DNA of 64,000 bases from an uncultured delta proteobacterium (GTDB taxonomy: Bacteria > Desulfobacterota > Desulfobacteria > Desulfobacterales > UBA2156): assembly GCA_963736855.1 (NCBI GenBank), contig CAVTQK010000009.1, positions 542,285-606,284 on the forward strand, in the 5' to 3' direction. Position 1 is the stretch's first letter; each line of letters opens with the position of its first letter. Positions 30,308-38,649 of this stretch are shown here, piece after piece. The notes below the pieces were generated by a model. The model searched no databases. It was not told the DNA's origin and saw only the letters and a list, made by a program, of their open reading frames with translations. The translations under genes were made by a program, and so were the position numbers.

Positions 30308-33300
30308 ATGGCCAGTCGATATTCTCCGAGTCGGATTTACCAACACAGCGTCGAATCGATCTTGTACCACCCTAAAGCCACCTTGTTAGTGGTGGCGCTT
30401 TTCACCCTGTTTTTTGCCTGGCAAATACCCAACCTGAAAATCCGCACCTCCATTTATGATCTGGTGGTGGAAGACATCCCAGAAAGTGTGACCTACAAGG
30501 CTTTTCGAAAACTTTTCGGATCCGACGAAATCATTCGGATTGTCATCAAGGCAAAAGATATCCTGGATCCGATAACGTTTGAAAAGTTGGGCGGAATCGC
30601 TAAGGACTTTTCGAAGATCCCCGGGGTACGGCGGATCATCAGCCTCCCGGACATCAAGGCCGCGGTGGAGGCGGGGAGTCCGTGGGATCTCAAACGCTTT
30701 GCCGCCGTCCTTTCTCCTGTCGAGCTTTTTCAGAAAAACCTCATTTCGGCCGACCGCAGCGCCACAGCGATTACCCTGGTGCTTCAAATGGATGCGGACA
30801 AAGACGCCGTGATCCGGACGGTTGAGGAGCATATCGCCGGGGCGCCTAAAGATCTAACCCTGTACCAGATCGGGATGCCAGTGGTCTCAAACGCTTTAAC
30901 CCGATATACCCAGAGGGATTTCTACCTGCTTCCCCCGCTTACCCTTGCCGTCATGACCGTAATCCTGTTTTTCTTGTATCCCACCTTCCTGCTCATGCTC
31001 ATTCCCATTTCTTGTGTTTTGATCGCGATGGTCCTCACGTTCGGCCTCATGGCCATGATCCAGATCCCCCTATCCATGCTTACCATGATTGTTCCGGTTT
31101 TTCTCATCGCCGTCGGAATGGCGTATTGCGTTTATATCACCTCGGAATTCACCGAGGCGTTAAACAGGCTGCCTTCGCCGGCTGCTGCGGCCCTGGCCAC
31201 TTTTTCGAGCATGACGCTTCCCACGATGGTGGCGGTGCTCACCACCGTGGTGGGGATAGCTTCCCTTTTAATCAACCGGATTCAGGCCATTCGGGAGTTT
31301 GCCGTATTCGGCTCAGTCGGGATCATCATCCTCATGATTCTGGCCTTAACGTTTTTGCCCGCAGCCTTTGCCCTGGTGCCGTCCCGAAACGGGAGGCGCC
31401 TTGAGAGCACCCGGGCGGCAAGGGCGGCCCATTGGTTCACGAACAAGATCGCTCATATCAACATCCACCGACAGAGTATTTCTCTTCCTATACTCGGCGG
31501 AGTGGCGCTTTTTTGTATCATCGGGATCTTCAGGATCCAGGTGGAGACAAACCCGGTGGAGTTTTTCAAAAAGGATGCCCCGGTAAGCCGCCACTTTCAC
31601 GACATCGCCCGTCACCTGTCCGGGAGCTTTCCAGTCCATGTAGCTGTTTCTGCCAGGGAAGAAGATGCATTTGAAGACCCGAAGATGCTCAAGGAGATAG
31701 AGCGCCTTCAAAAAGATCTGGAAAAACTTCAGGGTGTGGATAAAAGCCTCTCTCTGATCGACTACATGAAGCTGGTCAATTACGCCCTCAACCAATTCGA
31801 TCCCAAATACTACACCCTTCCGGAACAGGACTTCGAAGTCAGGATGATTTTGAACAATTACAAGGTCATGCTCGGGGAGGACATGCTGTACGGATTCGTG
31901 AACAGGGGTTTTTCAAAAGTCAACCTCATGTTGTTGACGCATCTTTCCAGTTCCAAAGAGTTTCTTGAGATCAAAAAACAGATCTTAGAACACGTGGTGC
32001 AACAGTGCCCCAAAGCGATTTCCGCCGAGGTGACCGGTATCGGCGTGGTCATTTCGGCCAGCAGCGACATCCTGACTACCGGGCAGGTCAAGAGCCTTTC
32101 CCTCAGCATGGGCTTGATCTTTTCAATGATGTTCATACTGTTTTTATCCTTCAAGGTGGGGTTGATCGCCATTGTCCCGAACCTGTTTCCCATCGTGGTC
32201 AACTTCGGGGTCATGGGATGGCTGGGGATAAAGCTCTCCGCAGCCACGAGTCTGATTGCCAGCATCGCCATCGGCCTGGCGGTGGACGATACCATTCATT
32301 ACCTGGTCTGTTTCAACCGGGAATTCAAGAAATGCCTGAACGATGAAACGGCGCTTCGGGAGACGCTAAAACGGGTGGGGCTTTCCATGGTTTTCACCTC
32401 CATCATCATCAGTTCAGGGTTCTCGGTCCTGATGGCGTCCAATTTCGGGCCGACATCCCTTTTCGGATTCCTTATGGTCGTCACCATGATTTCGGCGCTG
32501 GCAGGGGATCTCCTCATTCTTCCTTCCCTGATGCTCCACGTGGAACTGGTGACTTTGTGGGATTTGATCCGATTGAAGCTGGGAAAAGATCCCCAGGAAG
32601 GGATTCCGTTGTTCAAGGGTCTTTCCCGATCCCGGATCCATCATATCATTATGGCCGGATCGCTGAAGGCTTTTAACCCGGGAGATGTAATCTGCCGTAA
32701 AGGGGATCAAAGCGATTTTATGTACACCGTCATTTCGGGGGGGCTGGACGTGATCGAGCCCATGGCGGAGGATCGAAACGGAAGCTACGGCGGAGACCGG
32801 GTCATCAGCCATATCCGCGTAGGAGATGTGGTGGGGGAGATGGGACTGTTCAGAGGAATGCCGCGTTCGGCCACCGTGGTCGCCACTTCGGAAGGAGAAT
32901 TGCTCCAGATCAACTGGAAGATGATTCGACGCCTTCAGTTTCTATATCCAGGGACTGCCAATAAATTTTTCCATAATCTCGTGACGATTCTTTGCGACCG
33001 GCTGGAACACATCACCCAGTGCTATGTCGCCGAATGCTTCATCGATGAAGAAAGCGGGGTATTCAATTCCAGAGGGTTTTTTGAGGCCCTTCAGAGACAG
33101 CTTCATCTGGCTTTAAGACATGGGATGTCCTTATCTCTGTGTTTCCTGAAAGTCCGCTTCGACCCGGATGGTTTCGGAAAGGATTCCCAGGTCAAAGATC
33201 GGATCCTGCAGCTTGCAGGCCGGATCATGTCTCAAATCATTAGAAGAAGCGATGTGGCGGGAAGGATAGATGGACAGACATTCGGCCTGATTCTCATCGG

Positions 33301-33508
33301 ATCTTCGGCAAAGAATTCCTTGGAAACCTGCCGGCGGATCCAGGCACGTTTTGAAACCGAAGCCCGGGAGAAAGAAGACTTTCCGGCGGGATTGATCTTC
33401 GGAATCTCCGATGGTAAATTAGACTCCAACACACAGGCTTCGAATCTGATCCAGGAGGCCAAGGAAGCATTGAAAAAGGCCGGCGCCCGGCAGGGTTTTG
33501 TGCAATAA
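30308..33508 (+). CDS. MMPL/RND-superfamily transporter fused to a cyclic-nucleotide-binding domain and a degenerate GGDEF domain
   Basis: 1066 aa. Two 6-TM bundles with large loops (MMPL/HpnN-like). cNMP-binding motif GEMGLFRGMPRSATVVA. C-terminal GGDEF-like fold with DGQTF in place of GGDEF. Confidence 0.85.
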   Translation: MASRYSPSRIYQHSVESILYHPKATLLVVALFTLFFAWQIPNLKIRTSIYDLVVEDIPESVTYKAFRKLFGSDEIIRIVIKAKDILDPITFEKLGGIAKDFSKIPGVRRIISLPDIKAAVEAGSPWDLKRFAAVLSPVELFQKNLISADRSATAITLVLQMDADKDAVIRTVEEHIAGAPKDLTLYQIGMPVVSNALTRYTQRDFYLLPPLTLAVMTVILFFLYPTFLLMLIPISCVLIAMVLTFGLMAMIQIPLSMLTMIVPVFLIAVGMAYCVYITSEFTEALNRLPSPAAAALATFSSMTLPTMVAVLTTVVGIASLLINRIQAIREFAVFGSVGIIILMILALTFLPAAFALVPSRNGRRLESTRAARAAHWFTNKIAHINIHRQSISLPILGGVALFCIIGIFRIQVETNPVEFFKKDAPVSRHFHDIARHLSGSFPVHVAVSAREEDAFEDPKMLKEIERLQKDLEKLQGVDKSLSLIDYMKLVNYALNQFDPKYYTLPEQDFEVRMILNNYKVMLGEDMLYGFVNRGFSKVNLMLLTHLSSSKEFLEIKKQILEHVVQQCPKAISAEVTGIGVVISASSDILTTGQVKSLSLSMGLIFSMMFILFLSFKVGLIAIVPNLFPIVVNFGVMGWLGIKLSAATSLIASIAIGLAVDDTIHYLVCFNREFKKCLNDETALRETLKRVGLSMVFTSIIISSGFSVLMASNFGPTSLFGFLMVVTMISALAGDLLILPSLMLHVELVTLWDLIRLKLGKDPQEGIPLFKGLSRSRIHHIIMAGSLKAFNPGDVICRKGDQSDFMYTVISGGLDVIEPMAEDRNGSYGGDRVISHIRVGDVVGEMGLFRGMPRSATVVATSEGELLQINWKMIRRLQFLYPGTANKFFHNLVTILCDRLEHITQCYVAECFIDEESGVFNSRGFFEALQRQLHLALRHGMSLSLCFLKVRFDPDGFGKDSQVKDRILQLAGRIMSQIIRRSDVAGRIDGQTFGLILIGSSAKNSLETCRRIQARFETEAREKEDFPAGLIFGISDGKLDSNTQASNLIQEAKEALKKAGARQGFVQ

Positions 33509-33619
33509 TATGGAAAAACCGGAGGCGCAGTTAAAGGGGCCTTGCCGGAGGATGAAGCCTATGGTAACGTTCACAACCCGACAGGAAAAACTTTTGAACG
33601 TTAAAGAGAGTAGCCAGTA

Positions 33620-34153
33620 ATGACGAAGCCCCGCATCATGATCCTCGGGATCGGAAACCTTCTCTTTTCAGATGAAGGGTTCGGTGTCCGCGTCCTTCAA
33701 CGTCTGATGGAAGGTTACGAGTTTCCGGAAAACGTCTCTTTGGTGGACGGGGGGGTGCTCGGATTGAATCTATTGGGCGTGATTTCCGAGGCGGATCATC
33801 TGATCGTAGTGGATGCTATCCGGAACCACGGAAGACCGGGAACCCGCTACCGCCTGGAAGGAAAAGCCATCCCGGAACGGGTGCGGGCGAAAAATTCTTT
33901 GCACCAGGTCGATTTCCTGGAAGCCCTGACCTTATGTCAGGTCTTGGATACGAAGGTCCCGGAAACCGTGATCCTGGGTGTGGAACCGGACGACATTGAG
34001 ACGGCGAGCATCGAATTAACCCCGATTGTGGCCGAACAGATTGAACCGATCCTGAAAATGGTCTTTGCCGAACTCCAACGCCTGAACGTCGCTTTTTCAA
34101 AAAGGACAAAAAATGTGCCTTGCGATCCCCTCGAAAATTGTGAGTATCGATAA
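33620..34153 (+). CDS. hydrogenase maturation endopeptidase (HyaD/HybD family)
   Basis: ILGIGNLLFSDEGFGVRV...VDGGVLGLNLL...LIVVDAI. Confidence 0.88.
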   Translation: MTKPRIMILGIGNLLFSDEGFGVRVLQRLMEGYEFPENVSLVDGGVLGLNLLGVISEADHLIVVDAIRNHGRPGTRYRLEGKAIPERVRAKNSLHQVDFLEALTLCQVLDTKVPETVILGVEPDDIETASIELTPIVAEQIEPILKMVFAELQRLNVAFSKRTKNVPCDPLENCEYR

Positions 34154-34352
34154 TGAGATGGCGGTCCTGGATGTGGACGGTGTCAAAAGAAATGCAAGTC
34201 TTTTGCTTTTAGAAGACGCCCAAGTAGGGGATTATGTCATCGTGCATGCCGGGTTTGCCATTCAAAAGATCGACGAACAGGCCGCCCGCGAGACAGTGGA
34301 ACTCTTGCGGGAATCGCTTGCCCGCATCGAGCAGGATAAAAGCGGGGCATGA
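34113..34352 (+). CDS. hypC: hydrogenase assembly chaperone HypC
   Basis: MCLAIPSKIV N-terminus; 79 aa; overlaps the protease gene end by 41 nt. Confidence 0.9.
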   Translation: MCLAIPSKIVSIDNEMAVLDVDGVKRNASLLLLEDAQVGDYVIVHAGFAIQKIDEQAARETVELLRESLARIEQDKSGA

Positions 34353-34382
34353 GGCCCCGGCCTTATCCCGGAAAAGAGCTTT

Positions 34383-36662
34383 ATGGAAAACGAGCGTCTG
34401 GCCCGGGATGTCATCGTAGAAGGGATCGTCCAGGGGGTCGGATTCAGGCCCTTTGTGTTCCAGCTGGCCAAGCGCCTGGAACTTTACGGTGAGGTTGCCA
34501 ACACTGCAGATGGAGTGGCCATCCATCTGGAAGGCACATCCGAAGCCATCCGGACATTTGTCAAGGATCTTGCCGAAAAGAGCCCTCCGCTTTCGTATAT
34601 CACCGGCATTTCCGTTTCAGAAGGAAAATTAAACGGTTTTACATCCTTTGGCATTACGCCCAGCCGCCCTGATATCCACAAGTCGACGCTGATTTCACCC
34701 GATGCGGCGATTTGTGATGCATGCCTGAAGGAGCTCTTCACACCCGAAGACCGGCGATATCTTTATCCGTTTATCAACTGCACGCATTGCGGCCCCCGAT
34801 ACACCATCATCGACGATATTCCCTATGACCGGCCGAACACCTCCATGAAGCATTTCGTCATGTGTGAAAAGTGCCGGGCCGAATACGACGATCCGACCGA
34901 CCGACGATTCCATGCACAACCCAATGCCTGTCCGGCCTGCGGCCCTCATGTTTTTTTGCACGATGCGAAAGGCTCCCGAATCCTTTCGGCCGATCCGATC
35001 CGGGAGGCGATTTTGCTTTTAAAGCAGGGGCACATTGTGGCGGTGAAGGGCCTGGGAGGATTTCATCTGGCGGTGGATGCCACCCGATCCGATGCGGTGA
35101 TACGCCTGAGAAAGCGGAAAGGACGTGAAGAAAAGCCTTTTGCAGTGATGTCCATGGACCTGGAAAAGATTTCAACCTATGCTGAGGTTTCGCCTGAGGA
35201 GCATCAACTTCTGACTTCTTCCCAACGACCGATTGTTTTGCTGAAAAAACGGGAGCCGCATCCATTGGCCGAAGCGGTTTCCCCGGAGAACGCCTATTTT
35301 GGTGTCATGCTTCCCTACACCCCTCTCCATTACCTGTTACTCGACTCCGGTTTTCTAGCGTTGGTCATGACGAGCGGCAACTTGAGCGAAGAGCCCATCG
35401 CCATCGACAATCTGGAAGCCTTCGAACGCCTCGGCGGGATCGCCGATTATTTTCTTGTCCACAACCGGGATATCTATTTGCGCAGCGATGATTCCATCGT
35501 GAGACACGCCGCTGATGCCACCCGGATACTGCGACGCTCCCGGGGATTTGTCCCCAGGCCGGTCTTCCTCAGGGACCGGCAGCCCCAGGTGCTGGCCTGC
35601 GGCGCCGAGTTAAAAGTCACCGCCTGTCTCACCAAAGGAAACCAGGCATTTTTAAGCCAGCACATCGGGGACATGGAAAATCCGACAACTTACGCGTTTT
35701 TCAAGCAGACGGTGTCGCACCTGGAACGCATCCTGGACATCCATCCCGAAATCGTCGCCTACGATCTGCATCCGGATTACCTGAGTACCCGGTATGCCCT
35801 CGAAGAACGAGAATCCCAAAGCCGGATCGCCGTGCAGCATCATCATGCCCATATCGTCAGCTGCATGGCCGAAAACCGGATCGACGGTCCGGTCATCGGG
35901 CTGGCCTTTGATGGGACCGGATACGGTACAGACGGTACCATCTGGGGCGGAGAAGTCCTTTTGGCAGACGAAAAGGCCTTTCAGCGATTGGCATTCCTGG
36001 ACCCTGTTCCCATGCCTGGCGGGGAAGCGGCCATCCGGGAGCCCTGGCGGATGGCGGTAAGCTATATTGTGGAAGCCTTCGGGACGGATTTTCCCATTCA
36101 AGAGATTCCGGCTCTTAGATCCCTGGAACCCAAGGCGATGCGGACGGTTCTGCAGATGATCCAAAAACGGGTCCGGTGCCCCATGACCTCCAGTTTGGGA
36201 AGACTTTTCGACGGTGTGGCCTATATTCTGGGTTTAAAACAAACGGTACGTTTCGAAGGACAGGCGGCGATGGCTTTGGAGATGGCGGCCAAGGAGGGGG
36301 TAAAGGAGTTTTATGATTGCCGGTGTATGGCGGAAATTCCCATCAAGGTACCCACCGGACCGATCATCGAAGGGGTTGTTAGGGATCTGCGGGATGGAGT
36401 TCCGACCGAGGTCATCAGCGGGAAATTTCACTCCACGGTGATTGAGTTCTTTTCTAGGGTGTGTGACGCCGTTGCCACACAAACCGGGGTGCGGCGTGTG
36501 GCCCTCAGCGGAGGCGTTTTCCAGAACGCCATCCTCCTGGAAGGTTTCATCACTTCCCTGTCCCGGCGTGGGTTTGAAGTCTATACCCACTCCCAGGTTC
36601 CGACAAACGATGGGGGTATCGCCCTGGGCCAAGCCGTGGTGGCCGCAGCCTCGGTGTCATGA
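34383..36662 (+). CDS. hypF: carbamoyltransferase HypF
   Basis: Acylphosphatase domain GIVQGVGFRPFV, zinc fingers CDACLKE...CTHCGPRYT, and YrdC and Kae1-like domains. Confidence 0.93.
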   Translation: MENERLARDVIVEGIVQGVGFRPFVFQLAKRLELYGEVANTADGVAIHLEGTSEAIRTFVKDLAEKSPPLSYITGISVSEGKLNGFTSFGITPSRPDIHKSTLISPDAAICDACLKELFTPEDRRYLYPFINCTHCGPRYTIIDDIPYDRPNTSMKHFVMCEKCRAEYDDPTDRRFHAQPNACPACGPHVFLHDAKGSRILSADPIREAILLLKQGHIVAVKGLGGFHLAVDATRSDAVIRLRKRKGREEKPFAVMSMDLEKISTYAEVSPEEHQLLTSSQRPIVLLKKREPHPLAEAVSPENAYFGVMLPYTPLHYLLLDSGFLALVMTSGNLSEEPIAIDNLEAFERLGGIADYFLVHNRDIYLRSDDSIVRHAADATRILRRSRGFVPRPVFLRDRQPQVLACGAELKVTACLTKGNQAFLSQHIGDMENPTTYAFFKQTVSHLERILDIHPEIVAYDLHPDYLSTRYALEERESQSRIAVQHHHAHIVSCMAENRIDGPVIGLAFDGTGYGTDGTIWGGEVLLADEKAFQRLAFLDPVPMPGGEAAIREPWRMAVSYIVEAFGTDFPIQEIPALRSLEPKAMRTVLQMIQKRVRCPMTSSLGRLFDGVAYILGLKQTVRFEGQAAMALEMAAKEGVKEFYDCRCMAEIPIKVPTGPIIEGVVRDLRDGVPTEVISGKFHSTVIEFFSRVCDAVATQTGVRRVALSGGVFQNAILLEGFITSLSRRGFEVYTHSQVPTNDGGIALGQAVVAAASVS

Positions 36663-36675
36663 AACGGAGCAGGCG

Positions 36676-37770
36676 ATGATGCACGTGAATGGTAGAAATG
36701 CCTTCGAAAGTGCGGATCTGGCCGCAAAACTGGCCGGGCAGATCTTCCGGGAGAGTAAGCGACGCGTCAACCTAATGGAGGTCTGCGGGACCCACACCAT
36801 GTCCATATTCAGATCCGGAATCCGTTCGCTTCTCCCGGAATCCATCCGTTTGATATCAGGCCCGGGGTGCCCGGTCTGTGTGACCGACCAGAAAGAGATC
36901 GACACCTTTATGGCTCTGACACAAATCGACGATGTCATCATCACCACCTTCGGGGATCTGGTCCGGGTTCCAGGGACACAAACCTCTCTGCAGGAGGAGC
37001 GGGCAAAAGGGAGGGATATCCGGGTGGTCTATTCCACGATGGACGCTCTTGAGATCGCCGTGAAAAACCCGTTTAAAAATGTGGTGTTCCTGGGAGTCGG
37101 GTTCGAGACGACGGCACCGACGGTTGCCGCTGCGATCCTGGCCGCTGAAAAACAAAAGACGGAAAATTTTTTTGTGGTCTCCGCCCACAAACTGGTGCCC
37201 CCCGCCCTGGAAACGCTTCTTGCATCCGGCACCGTCAAGATCGACGGATTCATCCTGCCGGGGCACGTATCGGTCATCATCGGCAAGAAAGCCTATTTCC
37301 ACGTGGTTCAGGAACACCGGATTCCCAGTGTCATCTGTGGATTTGAGCCGACGGATATCCTCCAGGGGATCCTCATGCTGGTGCGCCAGGTGGAAGCCGG
37401 CAAGGCTGAACTCGAAAACGCCTATACCCGCGTGGTGACCGATGATGGGAATCCCAAGGCCGTTGGGATTCTCCGAGAGGTCTTTGAAACAACGGACGCT
37501 CCTTGGCGGGGTATCGGCATCATCCCGAAAAGCGGGCTTCGGATCCGGAAGGGCTTCGCTCGGTTTGATGCCCAAAAAGCGTTTTCGGTGATGGTCCCCG
37601 AATCGAAGCCCCCCAAAGGGTGCGCCTGCGGCGCAGTCTTGACGGGTGTCCTTACTCCGCCGCAGTGCCCTCTCTTTCGTAAGGTTTGCACCCCGGAGGA
37701 TCCGGTGGGGCCGTGCATGGTTTCCAGCGAAGGGACCTGTGCGGCCTATTATCGGTATCATTTTGATTAG
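36676..37770 (+). CDS. hypD: hydrogenase formation protein HypD
   Basis: MEVCGTHT, GPGCPVCV and C-terminal Cys-rich motifs. ATG 36676 has GGAGCAGG upstream. The ORF-track start 36442 overlaps hypF. Confidence 0.92.
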   Translation: MMHVNGRNAFESADLAAKLAGQIFRESKRRVNLMEVCGTHTMSIFRSGIRSLLPESIRLISGPGCPVCVTDQKEIDTFMALTQIDDVIITTFGDLVRVPGTQTSLQEERAKGRDIRVVYSTMDALEIAVKNPFKNVVFLGVGFETTAPTVAAAILAAEKQKTENFFVVSAHKLVPPALETLLASGTVKIDGFILPGHVSVIIGKKAYFHVVQEHRIPSVICGFEPTDILQGILMLVRQVEAGKAELENAYTRVVTDDGNPKAVGILREVFETTDAPWRGIGIIPKSGLRIRKGFARFDAQKAFSVMVPESKPPKGCACGAVLTGVLTPPQCPLFRKVCTPEDPVGPCMVSSEGTCAAYYRYHFD

Positions 37771-37783
37771 GCGGGACAATGTC

Positions 37784-38413
37784 ATGGAAAAACCCATCTC
37801 CTTTGTTTCCACCGGATTTGAGATCGAGGGACTGCTGGAGATATTTCCTGGAATGCGGGGTGTCGTCGTCACCCATCCGCATCCTTTATACGGCGGAGAG
37901 ATGCGAAACGCTGTCGTGGAGGCGATGCGCCGCGCCTATGCCGAAAGCGGCTTTTCAACCTTGAGGTTCAACTTCCGCGGTGTCGGAAAGAGCCAGGGCC
38001 GCCATAACCAGGGTTTCGGAGAGCAAGACGACATGAGGGCAGCTGTTGCTTATCTGCGGGATATGGGCATCAAACTTGTCCATCTGTGCGGATATTCCTT
38101 CGGTGCGTGGGTTAGCGCTAGGGCGGTGATGTCGGGGCTTTCCATTGAAACCATGGTCATGGTCTCACCCCCGGTGGCGTTTATGGATTTTGAAGGGATG
38201 ACCGGCATTGACGCTCTTCAGTGGGTTCTTGTCGGGGACCGGGACGAGATTGCCCCAATCTCCCGCATTCGGGAGATGATTCCCTCGTGGAACCCCAACG
38301 CTGGACTAGAAATCATTCCCGGCGCCGATCACTTCTTTTCCGGGCAGATGAAAACCCTCGAATCGACATTGCAGCGATGTCTTGAAATCTATTTCCCGCC
38401 TTCTATTCTCTAA
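37784..38413 (+). CDS. alpha/beta hydrolase (small, COG2945-like)
   Basis: VVVTHPHPLYGG, nucleophile elbow CGYSFGAW, C-terminal ...IIPGADHFF. ATG 37784 lies within ORF 37646-38413. Confidence 0.75.
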   Translation: MEKPISFVSTGFEIEGLLEIFPGMRGVVVTHPHPLYGGEMRNAVVEAMRRAYAESGFSTLRFNFRGVGKSQGRHNQGFGEQDDMRAAVAYLRDMGIKLVHLCGYSFGAWVSARAVMSGLSIETMVMVSPPVAFMDFEGMTGIDALQWVLVGDRDEIAPISRIREMIPSWNPNAGLEIIPGADHFFSGQMKTLESTLQRCLEIYFPPSIL

Positions 38414-38450
38414 AGGAAATATTTCGGGAAAAGAACTCACAAAACGTTTT
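38234..38450 (+). repeat. left copy of a roughly 217-bp diverged direct repeat (3' end of the hydrolase gene plus about 37 nt)
   Basis: Aligns by eye with 52502-52718 at roughly 80% identity, including an identical 29-mer CCGATCACTTCTTTTCCGGGCAGATGAAA (38325-38353 and 52595-52623). Confidence 0.8.
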
Positions 38451-38649
38451 CAAGACTCTGATTGAACACCCGACATTCAAATGACTTTACACTCACCGTT
38501 GCATCATTCAGATAACACAACAATTGCATGTTCCCATATCTTGGGTTGAAGATGTTGGAAAGATACAATTCATCCTTTTAATGAGACCTTGCCCATTGAA
38601 CTTGAAAAAGCTCCTTGTCCTTTGAAGACCCTCTGGAGGACAATGGATA

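Noticed and set aside
36442-36675. 5' extensions of ORF-track models (hypD from 36442, lutB from 57121, hydrolase from 37646, kor delta from 49401, lipoprotein from 50401, prmA-like from 18570)
   Set aside because: The extensions overlap the preceding genes in another frame and lack motifs. Internal starts with good RBS sequences fit the protein families better.
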